Assembly: GCA_044376115.1 (NCBI GenBank)
Contig: JBILLK010000025.1
Coordinates: 1 to 64,000, forward strand
DNA: 64,000 nt
DNA from: Polyangiaceae bacterium
GTDB lineage: Bacteria > Myxococcota_A > Polyangia > Polyangiales > Polyangiaceae
Reading direction: 5' to 3'
Shown: piece after piece, positions 39,801 through 48,793 of the stretch
Layout: the number at the start of each line of letters is the position of its first letter
How positions within the stretch are numbered: the stretch's first letter is position 1
Program-made: the position numbers and the translations under genes
The notes under the pieces: generated by a model
Database searches by the model: none
Told to the model about the DNA's origin: nothing
Seen by the model: the letters and a program-made list of their open reading frames with translations, nothing else

Positions 39801-40997
39801 CTACGGGCGGTCGAGCACGTAGAAGGTGGCCGTCCCATTCTCGCTGAGGCCGACCCACAGCCGATTCTGCTCGTCGGTCATCAGCGTGACGTTGGTATCG
39901 GGGGTGGTGAGCGTCAGCAGCGTTGCAGGCTCTCCACTCGCGGCGACCGTGGTGCCATCCGCGGTGAAACGTTGCAGCACGACGTCGAGGTGCGCACCGC
40001 TCGCGGCGTTCGGCTGGAAGGCGACAAGACCCGGAAGGTCCGCCTCGGCGCCAACGACGGCCATCGCGTCGCCGTAGCCTTCGAGCGTTGCCAGCGTGGT
40101 TCCCAGCGTTGCGCCGCTCGCGCCTGGCGCTATTGCCGGTGCGGGGTAGCCGCGCAGCTCCTGCGTGCCGGTGTCGTAGTCGGTCATGACCGCGAAGGCG
40201 TTGCCGGCGGAGTCGACCGCGACAGGACCGGTCGCGAGCCCGAAGGCGTCGATCAGCTCCGAGCTTTCGAACTCGAGCCCAGTCGCGTCAACGTCAGCTG
40301 CGTACAGCCCGGCGATAGCGTTGGCCTTGCCGTTCGCTGCGGAGAGGCCGGTGTAGAGGACGCGACGGCCGATCACCGCGAGCCCAAAGGCGCCGGTGGT
40401 GAGCGTGCCGTTGCTTTGCCCGTTGCCGGCCTCATTCGCGAGCACGAGCTCGCCGACGTTGAAGAAGTCTTGACCCGACCACGCAGCGACCGAGATATCG
40501 AGGTTGTCCACCGTGAGGTCGTTCAGCTGCGCGCCCCAGAACGCATCCGCCGGTAGGTCGGCGACCGCGAGATCGAGCGTCTCCGCCGCAAGCGCGCCGT
40601 CTTGAAGCGACCAACGCGAGCGCGAGATGCCGATGCCGTCCCCGACGAAGGTGAGGGGGCCGCCGTGCCTACCCCAGGTGGGCGTGGTGCCGTAGGAAAG
40701 CAGCTCCAGCCCGGGAGCCTGATAACTTGCGACCACGCACAGATCCGCTGCAGCAATGGTGATGGGCGCGCCATCGAGCTCGAGGCAACCCGCTGCGCCT
40801 CCCGCTCCGCCTCCACCTTCCGCACCGGCCGCGCCGGTCCCGCTGCCGCCTGCTCCAGAGCCGCCAGTCGAGCCGCTTGCTCCACTGCCTTCACCGCCGC
40901 CGCCGGTCGCAGCTGCACCGCTGCCGCCCGAGCCTGCATCATCGCCGCAGCCGAGCAGCAGCGAGCCCATCACGCCGAGAACCAACTTCAATTTCAT
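39801..40997 (-). CDS. Uncharacterised lipoprotein downstream of cobalamin riboswitch
   Basis: Start MKLKLVLGVMGSLLLGC at 40997, Gly linker, beta-rich ~330-aa domain. Confidence 0.8.
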   Translation of the reverse strand: MKLKLVLGVMGSLLLGCGDDAGSGGSGAAATGGGGEGSGASGSTGGSGAGGSGTGAAGAEGGGGAGGAAGCLELDGAPITIAAADLCVVASYQAPGLELLSYGTTPTWGRHGGPLTFVGDGIGISRSRWSLQDGALAAETLDLAVADLPADAFWGAQLNDLTVDNLDISVAAWSGQDFFNVGELVLANEAGNGQSNGTLTTGAFGLAVIGRRVLYTGLSAANGKANAIAGLYAADVDATGLEFESSELIDAFGLATGPVAVDSAGNAFAVMTDYDTGTQELRGYPAPAIAPGASGATLGTTLATLEGYGDAMAVVGAEADLPGLVAFQPNAASGAHLDVVLQRFTADGTTVAASGEPATLLTLTTPDTNVTLMTDEQNRLWVGLSENGTATFYVLDRP

Positions 40998-41125
40998 TCG
41001 CCAGCCTTCTCGATGCCGTCCCCGGCACCGATGCCCCAAGCGAGCTTGCGAACGCGGCGGCACGCCCACCTCACGGTGTGGCTGGGCCTTCGCGTCGCCC
41101 GAACCCCGGGGCGCACGATCGAGTA

Positions 41126-41327
41126 TCAACCAGCCGGTCTCCTGGCTTCTGGATCGTCCTCGGGCAGCGCCTTCCCAAATGTACCTTCGCGAGCGAAGGA
41201 CCCTCAGTGGCGTTAGCTGCCGTCGTCCCCAGTTACAGTGGCGGGGGCCGCGCCGGACTCCGCCTCGAGAGGCGTCACCGGCTTCCCATGGAGCGAACTC
41301 ATTTGAAGAGCGCGCTCCGCTGGTTGA
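41126..41327 (-). ncRNA. Cobalamin (B12) riboswitch
   Basis: Minus strand: GGGAAGCCGGTG...CCGGCGCGGCCCCCGCCACTGTAA...GCCACTG...GGGAAGG...AGCCAGGAGACC (B12 box); closing stem tcaaccagc/gctggttga. Confidence 0.92.
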
Positions 41328-41497
41328 ACGCCGCAGCACCCGGACCATCCGCGTGAAGCGACAGGGCGGGCTTTAGCTGTTCGAGGGGGGCCGCGTCAAT
41401 CTCGGCGCTCGGCGTTGCAGCTGGCGGGCGCCACCGGGGAGCGCGGCGGCCGCCGCGAAAAACGACGAATTCTGCCCGGATTTGTGGGCCTTTTGTG

Positions 41498-41514
41498 TTG
41501 GTACGCCACTCGCA
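41498..41514 (+). promoter_or_regulatory. Candidate sigma54 promoter of recA-ssb
   Basis: TTGGTACGCCACTCGCA vs consensus YTGGCACG-N4-TTGCW; exact GG-N10-GC spacing; ~37 nt before ATG. Confidence 0.55.
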
Positions 41515-41550
41515 AAGGAGGCTGCGTGGCTCGCCACATGAGAGGTTTTT

Positions 41551-42564
<1,014 letters not shown>

Positions 42565-42622
42565 GTCGGGCATCGGTCACAACGTTTTAACTGTCGATTG
42601 AAAACAAAGAATTGAGGATGTC

Positions 42623-43195
42623 ATGAGCAACGGAACGAATCGCGTAACTCTCTTTGGAAACCTTGGCGCTGATCCGGAGTTTCGAATCACGCAGAGCGGT
42701 CAGATGATCCTGCGGCTGCGCATCGCTACCAACGATGCCTACCGCGACAAGGAGAACAAGCTGATCGAGCGCACCGATTGGCACGATGTCGTGGTCTTCG
42801 GTAGCCGTGCCGAGCCGCTCGCGCGCATGCTCACCAAGGGTGAGCCGCTGTTCGTGTACGGCAGCATTCGCTACTCGTCGTACGAGAAGGACGGCGTCTC
42901 GCGAACGCGCACCGAGATCATGGCGCGCGACATCGGCCTCTCGGGGCGCGGCAAGCGTCCGCTGTTGGCCTCGTCGGCGGTACCGATGACCTTGTCCGAA
43001 CCCAGCGAACCGACCGATACAGCGGACACGGCCGAGCAGCCCTACGGCGTCGCCGCGGCACCGGTCGAGCCCGCGCAGCCGATCGAGGTCGCTCGTCCCA
43101 TCGAGCCCGTCCGCCCGATCGACGAGGCGGCTGGCCCGGTGGACTTTCCGAAGAAGCGCAAGCGGCCCGAGATGAACGCTCCGGCCCCGGCCTGA
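42623..43195 (+). CDS. ssb: Single-stranded DNA-binding protein with atypical C-terminal tail
   Basis: NRVTLFGNLGADPE, TDWH.VV.FG, KG..L.V.G.I; tail ends KKRKRPEMNAPAPA. Confidence 0.9.
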   Translation: MSNGTNRVTLFGNLGADPEFRITQSGQMILRLRIATNDAYRDKENKLIERTDWHDVVVFGSRAEPLARMLTKGEPLFVYGSIRYSSYEKDGVSRTRTEIMARDIGLSGRGKRPLLASSAVPMTLSEPSEPTDTADTAEQPYGVAAAPVEPAQPIEVARPIEPVRPIDEAAGPVDFPKKRKRPEMNAPAPA

Positions 43196-43210
43196 GCTTC
43201 GAGCGACGAA

Positions 43211-43262
43211 CTCACCCCGCTCGCACTCTCCCAACGCGGGGAGGGCGGCGGGCGGGGATGAG
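43211..43262. terminator. Long imperfect hairpin between convergent genes
   Basis: ctcaccccgctcgcactctccc ... gggagggcggcgggcggggatgag. Confidence 0.5.
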
Positions 43263-43271
43263 CCCTCCGCG

Positions 43272-44078
43272 TTAGGCGGCGGGTTGCGCGGCTTCAGCGC
43301 TGACGGCGGAAACAGCGGCACGCGGGGCGGAGCGCACGACTCCGACCTCGCGGCGCAGCTCGGGGAGCGCATCGGCGATGGCGTCACGAACACGTTCGCG
43401 CAGCGTAGCGACGTCATCCACCGTCATGCCCACGGTGGAGATGGGCGCGAGCACCTGAACCTTCGCCTTGGCTTCGCCGAACCACTTGGAGCCTTTGGGC
43501 CTGCACTCACGCGTACCAGCGACGGCGAGCGGGAGCACCGGAACTTGCGCTTCGATCGCCAGGCGAAACGCGCCGTCACGGAAGGGCAAAAGCTCGCCTG
43601 TCTTGGAGCGCGTCCCTTCGGGGAAGAGCATCACCGGGATGCCGGCGGCGAGCGCTCGCTTGCACTCGTTCATCATGTCGCGAACGCTGTCTCCGTCCCC
43701 GCGGCGCAGCGGAATATCTCCGCTCCATTTGAAGCAGTTGCCGATCACCGGCAGCTTGAAGAGCTCTTCTTTACCCACCCAGCGCATGTCCCACGGCAAG
43801 TAGGAGATCAGGAACGGATCCGCCGTGGACTCATGATTGGCGACCACCACGTAAGGTGCGCTGTGAATGTCGGCGGGGCCTTCACCTTTGACGCTGAAGT
43901 CCCAAAGCGGCGTCATGCGGCTGGTGAGCCAGCCGAGCCTGCGCATCCAGCGGCCGGACTCCCGCATCGCCGGATCACCGCGGTGCCGCAGCCACGAGGC
44001 CGCCATCACCGGCATGAAGGCCGCGACGATGGTGCCGAACTCTGCATAGGTGTAGACGCCGAGAGCGAGTTTTCGCAT
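43272..44078 (-). CDS. Lysophospholipid (PlsC-like) acyltransferase
   Basis: NHESTAD, FPEGTRS. Confidence 0.9.
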   Translation of the reverse strand: MRKLALGVYTYAEFGTIVAAFMPVMAASWLRHRGDPAMRESGRWMRRLGWLTSRMTPLWDFSVKGEGPADIHSAPYVVVANHESTADPFLISYLPWDMRWVGKEELFKLPVIGNCFKWSGDIPLRRGDGDSVRDMMNECKRALAAGIPVMLFPEGTRSKTGELLPFRDGAFRLAIEAQVPVLPLAVAGTRECRPKGSKWFGEAKAKVQVLAPISTVGMTVDDVATLRERVRDAIADALPELRREVGVVRSAPRAAVSAVSAEAAQPAA

Positions 44079-44173
44079 GGCGGAAGACCCTAGTCGGGAG
44101 TTCTGTCTCTTTGGTGTCACGATTCGGTTTAGACGCGCTGATATCGGATGGCGCACCGTGTTAGGACCTGCGG

Positions 44174-44938
44174 GTGCGCGCGCTATCTCTCCCCGGCTGT
44201 GGTTGTCGAGGCGCCTTCCAATTCGCGGTGCTCGCGCGTTTGGAGGCGGCTGGGGAGCGCTTCGACGTGGCTGCGGGAGCCTCCAGCGGCTCGATCGCAG
44301 CGGCCGCCTACGTCGCCGGCAAGTGCTCGCTTGGCCCGGCGATTTATCGATCGCTCGCCGGAACGCCAGTCTTTTCGGCGCGCTGGCTGGCCTCCGAGCG
44401 GAGCCCGTTTGGTATGACGCGCATCGTTGGTGACGCGCTGCGTGAGCATCTGCCGGAGGCGCTCATTCACGAGAGCAAGGTGGAGCTGCTGGTCTCGACC
44501 ACCACCGTGCCCGGGCTGCTCCGTCAGCTGGCTTGGAAGGACGGCAAGGCGGTCATCCACTCGAGCCGAGCACGGCGCGACGTCCACTCGCTGCTCTTGG
44601 CGAGCTGCACCTTCCCACCGTTTTATGCGAGAGTCCCGCGGCTCGACGGTCGTTTCCACTTCGATGGCGGCGCTACCGACAACAGCCTGATCGATGCGCT
44701 GGTGGAGCGCGGAGCCCGCGAGATCACGGTGATCACCCCGCACCCAGATGGGTCGGTCTACCGCGGTTTGTTTCGCCCGCTGGAGAAGCCGCGGGCGGCT
44801 GGGATCACCCTGCGGGTGATCGCGCCGGCGCGGAAGCTTTCGATTCGCAGCTTCGACTTCGATCCGCAGCGGCTCACCGAGGCGCTCGAGATGGAGCACG
44901 TCGAGCATTTCTTCGAGCCGGTCGCGAGGTCGAGTTGA
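44174..44938 (+). CDS. Patatin-like phospholipase
   Basis: GCGCRG loop, GASSG, DGG. Confidence 0.85.
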   Translation: MRALSLPGCGCRGAFQFAVLARLEAAGERFDVAAGASSGSIAAAAYVAGKCSLGPAIYRSLAGTPVFSARWLASERSPFGMTRIVGDALREHLPEALIHESKVELLVSTTTVPGLLRQLAWKDGKAVIHSSRARRDVHSLLLASCTFPPFYARVPRLDGRFHFDGGATDNSLIDALVERGAREITVITPHPDGSVYRGLFRPLEKPRAAGITLRVIAPARKLSIRSFDFDPQRLTEALEMEHVEHFFEPVARSS

Positions 44939-45924
44939 CGCTCGAGGCGACCGCATCTCCCGCGCCCCAAGGCGAGCTCGAGCGGGAGCCTCCGGCGCCG
45001 TCGTTGTGGGCGCTGTTGGCCGTCACGGTCGCGCTCGGGCCGGGGGCTGGACACGCTTACGCCGGTCATCCCCGGCGCGCGGCGTTCTTTGCCGCGCCCG
45101 GCTCCATCGCGTCGACGTTCACCGCCGTTTGGTGGCTGGTTTGGCAACCGAGCCTGCTCGCTGTTTCGCTTGGGATTTCGCTTTTGTTGCTGGCCGGTGC
45201 CGCGTTCGATCTGGTGCGGCTTTCGTCAAGCGCGGAGCCGAGTGCTCGAACGGGGGCTCGGGCGAAGTCGTTCGGCGCTTTCGCCTTGGCGTCGTTTGCT
45301 GGGGGCGCCGTAGCGACAGCGCTCGCCTTGGCCTTGTTGGTCTCGGTGACCAAGGTGAAGAACCGTTCGATGTTGCCGACGCTCGGTTACGGCAACCTTG
45401 TGGTGCTGTACCGGCAGGGTGTAGCCGATGTCGGTGAGGTCGTGGTGGTAACGCCAGAGCCCGGCTCGACCAAGCTCTCCACGCTGCGCGTGGTGGGGTT
45501 GCCCGGCGACACCGTGGAGGTTCGGGATGCCGGCCTGTGGGTCAATGGCCGCGAGATTGAGCGTTGTTTCGTTGGGGTCGCGCCGATCGGCCGCAAGCGC
45601 AAGAAGCTCAAGCTGTACGTTGAGAAGCTCGGTGGGCTACACCTGATCGCAACCGACACCAAGCCCTCGCGGAAGCCGGTGGGGCCGTTCGTGGTTGGCG
45701 AGCGCGAGATCTTTCTGCTCGGTGATTACCGCAGCCGTGCGAAGGACTCGCGTTCGTTCAAAGCGCCGATCGCTTCGTCCCAGTTGCGCGGGAGCGCCGA
45801 GCGCTTCCTCACCCGGGCGCGACCAGGCATCTTCGCCGTGGACGAACTTGAGTTGCCGCGCGGTGCCGAGGCGCTCAAAGAAGAAGTTCGCCTGTGTGTG
45901 GGCAAGCTGCAAAGCCCGCGCTAG
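44935..45924 (+). CDS. Signal peptidase I (S26) homologue, catalytic Lys apparently absent
   Basis: N-terminal TMs, SMLPTL, LRVVGLPGD, LGDYRSRAKDSR; TTG start overlaps patatin stop. Confidence 0.75.
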   Translation: MTLEATASPAPQGELEREPPAPSLWALLAVTVALGPGAGHAYAGHPRRAAFFAAPGSIASTFTAVWWLVWQPSLLAVSLGISLLLLAGAAFDLVRLSSSAEPSARTGARAKSFGAFALASFAGGAVATALALALLVSVTKVKNRSMLPTLGYGNLVVLYRQGVADVGEVVVVTPEPGSTKLSTLRVVGLPGDTVEVRDAGLWVNGREIERCFVGVAPIGRKRKKLKLYVEKLGGLHLIATDTKPSRKPVGPFVVGEREIFLLGDYRSRAKDSRSFKAPIASSQLRGSAERFLTRARPGIFAVDELELPRGAEALKEEVRLCVGKLQSPR

Positions 45925-45939
45925 TCGCGACGTGGGAGC

Positions 45940-46959
45940 TCAGAAGGCGGTTTCATTCGTGATGCGTTGGTCTGCCTCGAGCCAGCGCTCATCGAGCCAC
46001 TGCAGCAACTCGGCTGAACCCTTCGGCAGCGTCGACCGAGCGAAGCGCGCGACGTTCACGCGTACGTGGCGGTGCGCTAGGCCCGTCTTCGCGATGTCGG
46101 AGAGCTCCGCTGTTCCGTGCAGACCCGAGTGGGAAATGATCACGACGTCACTCTCCGCGGCGGATTCGAGCAGCGCCAACGTGCCGCCCTTCTGAATCGG
46201 TAACACTCTGCGAATGCCCGCCAAACGTGCAGCTCGGCTCGGATCGCTCACAGCGAGCTTCTCCAGCGCCCGGCTGCGCTTGGCCTCGGTAAAGCGTGTG
46301 CCTTCCGGGTAGATCAGCACGCCCTCCCGCTCACCAAGATTGCGGGCAAGCGCTGCCACGCGGCCGATCTCCCGCTCGCTGTTTTGGCCACTGCGCGAGA
46401 CGAAGCAATTGGGGACGCGGTGCCCGGCCACATCCAAACAAGGCACCGCCAGCAGCTCCTGCTTGAGCACGAAGCGCAGCCGCATCCCGAGCGGCACCGA
46501 GACCAGCGCCGTGGGCAAAAGCGTATCCACGATCGACGAGTGCGTTACCAGCACCACCACCGGCCCAGGCGCGAGCAACTCCTGGCCGCTCAGTTCGAAG
46601 CGCAGACTGAAGATGATGCGGATCGACTCGAGCAAGAAGCGCGTCCAGCCGCCTTGGATCTTGTAGGTGGTGGCGAGAAAACGCTCACTGCTTCGATCGG
46701 CGAAAAGGCCTGTGAAAAACAGCAGCCACAGTCCGAAAACCTCGGCGAGGCAGTACACCGGCAGAAAGATGAAGAGCCGCGTCAGGTTCCTGCCTCGATC
46801 CCCGCGCGCAAGGTCTACCAGCAGCCCCAGCGGGATCAACAGCGGCAGGAGCGAGGAGGTGAGGACCCACAGCACCACGACGATCGGGATGCTTACGGCG
46901 CGCCGACGGAAGCGACCTCGGTAGGTGCTTTCATGCATCTCCATGAGCTCAGCGGCCAT
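45940..46959 (-). CDS. PlsC-family acyltransferase with N-terminal TM segments
   Basis: HSSIVD, YPEGTRF. Confidence 0.85.
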   Translation of the reverse strand: MAAELMEMHESTYRGRFRRRAVSIPIVVVLWVLTSSLLPLLIPLGLLVDLARGDRGRNLTRLFIFLPVYCLAEVFGLWLLFFTGLFADRSSERFLATTYKIQGGWTRFLLESIRIIFSLRFELSGQELLAPGPVVVLVTHSSIVDTLLPTALVSVPLGMRLRFVLKQELLAVPCLDVAGHRVPNCFVSRSGQNSEREIGRVAALARNLGEREGVLIYPEGTRFTEAKRSRALEKLAVSDPSRAARLAGIRRVLPIQKGGTLALLESAAESDVVIISHSGLHGTAELSDIAKTGLAHRHVRVNVARFARSTLPKGSAELLQWLDERWLEADQRITNETAF

Positions 46960-47065
46960 TGCGCGCAGAAGCTAGCACGGGGCTGCGAGTCGGCTAGGAC
47001 CGCGTGCGCCGGATCGCTGGTTGCTTGTTTGGCCCGATTTCAAGGGGCATGGTAGCCAAAATCGT

Positions 47066-47392
47066 ATGAAGGCTCTCGAGGTCACACAGAGTGGGCGCGC
47101 GTTTCGTCGGGCCGAGGTTGCGGTGTGGGTGGAGGAGCGCACCAATGACGCGCTCTACCTTCAACGCGCGACCAACCTCTCGCTCGGTGGCATCTGGCTC
47201 GAAGGCACGTTGCCGCATCCGCCCGGAACCAAGGTCTCGCTCGACATCGAGCTGCCCGGCGATGGTCCGCTGCGGGTGGATGGCGAAGTGGTGATGCGAC
47301 AAGACCGCGGCGTCGGTATGGCGGTTCGCTTCCTGCCGCTGCCGCAAGCCCGTCGCGAACGGCTCGAGGCCTTTCTCAGCGCGCACGTCTGA
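47066..47392 (+). CDS. PilZ domain protein
   Basis: RAFRR (RxxxR) and NLSLGG (D/NxSxxG), GMAVRF. Confidence 0.85.
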   Translation: MKALEVTQSGRAFRRAEVAVWVEERTNDALYLQRATNLSLGGIWLEGTLPHPPGTKVSLDIELPGDGPLRVDGEVVMRQDRGVGMAVRFLPLPQARRERLEAFLSAHV

Positions 47393-47419
47393 GGCCCGGC
47401 TCGTCCCGGCTCTCCCCGG

Positions 47420-48751
47420 CTACAGCTTGCTCACCGCCGAGCAGCCGGAGTGGCCGGGAACGCCCAGGGACTTGGCCAGCGCGCATAGCTTCTTGGCCCT
47501 CGCGATGGTGTCGGGCTCACCGCGAGAAAGCCCGCTCTTCGCGGTCCGCTCAGCGTTGTCTGCGAGCCCAATCAACGCTGTTTCAGGCAGCCGCGGCCGG
47601 GCCGCGAGCAACGCTTTCTCCAGGAAGGGGCTGGGGCTTGGGTGGCGGGCCCACAGCGTCGGATCGACCAGGAGCGTGGCTTCGAGCGAGCTCGATATGC
47701 GCGCTCCGTCTTCGGTGTCGGCGCACGGCAAGCGAGGATCGTCAGGACCGAAGTCGGTGCTCGCCAGCTTCTTCGCCGCGAGCCGCTTCATCAGCTCCGC
47801 CGATTCCGCGGCTGTCAGCAGGGTGGCTCCGTCCAGCTTGTTCGCGTTGACCGCTTCCACGAGCGCTTTGCAGGCGGCCTTGCGCTTCTCCACCACCTCG
47901 CGGGCCTCGCGCTCTTTGCGCAGCCGCGCTTCTTCAGCGAGCCTCTGTTCGGCCTCTAGACGTTGTCGTTGCTCGCAGGCCGTGCGTTTCTGATCACGCA
48001 ACTCGAGCGCTGCAGCGGTGGCCCAACTCGAGTCGGCCTCGGCGAGGTCTTTGATCAAACATTCGTCGGTGCGTTCGATCAACGCCTGCGCGCTGTCGCG
48101 CTTGACCCGAACGAACACCACGCTGGTAGTCGCGATCAGCAGCGTCAGAACCGCGAGGCTGGCGAAGACGATGCGCTTTTGCTGACGCCGCCGCAGCGCC
48201 GTCTCGAGCCACTCTCCGCCTTCGAGCTTGGCGCGCGTATCGGCGACGAGCTCGGTGTAAGCAAGCATGTCGCGCGCGAGCTCGGACAGCGGCAACGACA
48301 GGCCTTTGTCTTGTCGAACCTTCTGCGCCAGCCGCTCGATGCAGGCCGATATGTCCGGGCGTCGGCCATCGACCGTCAGGGCGGTTATGACGTCCATGAA
48401 GCCGAAGGGGCCGGCGTGCAGCTTCCAGGCGACGATGGCGTTCGCCTGCGAAATCAGCAGGCGTTGCCCGACCGATTGGGCCGCCGCCATCGGTAGGCTG
48501 GACTCGACGTCGACACGGGGAACCCCGGCGAGCGTCGCGACCTCGCTGATCCCTCGTTGATACCCAGCCAACAGGCCGTCGGGCGCGAGCTCCTCCAGCC
48601 CGGTGAGGATGCGGTTGGAGAGGATGCAACTTGCGGCATATTCCACCGGGCCCATCGCCGCGCGGAGGAACGTGTTGCTGATGCGCCGGGCGGGTGTGCC
48701 TCCTCTTCCGACCATCTTCGTTCGAGGGGTGATATCACACGGGCAGCCCAC
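47420..48751 (-). CDS. Hypothetical single-TM protein with coiled coil (start uncertain)
   Basis: RRRQQKR then TM, E/R-rich helix, Cys-containing C-terminal region. Confidence 0.65.
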   Translation of the reverse strand: MGCPCDITPRTKMVGRGGTPARRISNTFLRAAMGPVEYAASCILSNRILTGLEELAPDGLLAGYQRGISEVATLAGVPRVDVESSLPMAAAQSVGQRLLISQANAIVAWKLHAGPFGFMDVITALTVDGRRPDISACIERLAQKVRQDKGLSLPLSELARDMLAYTELVADTRAKLEGGEWLETALRRRQQKRIVFASLAVLTLLIATTSVVFVRVKRDSAQALIERTDECLIKDLAEADSSWATAAALELRDQKRTACEQRQRLEAEQRLAEEARLRKEREAREVVEKRKAACKALVEAVNANKLDGATLLTAAESAELMKRLAAKKLASTDFGPDDPRLPCADTEDGARISSSLEATLLVDPTLWARHPSPSPFLEKALLAARPRLPETALIGLADNAERTAKSGLSRGEPDTIARAKKLCALAKSLGVPGHSGCSAVSKL

Positions 48752-48793
48752 AGCGCTGTCAGAAGTTGGCGCGAGGTGCGCTACGGTGGCGCT

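Noticed and set aside
40998..41348. N-terminal extension of ORF 39801..41348
   Set aside because: It overlaps the riboswitch; the real start with signal peptide is at 40997
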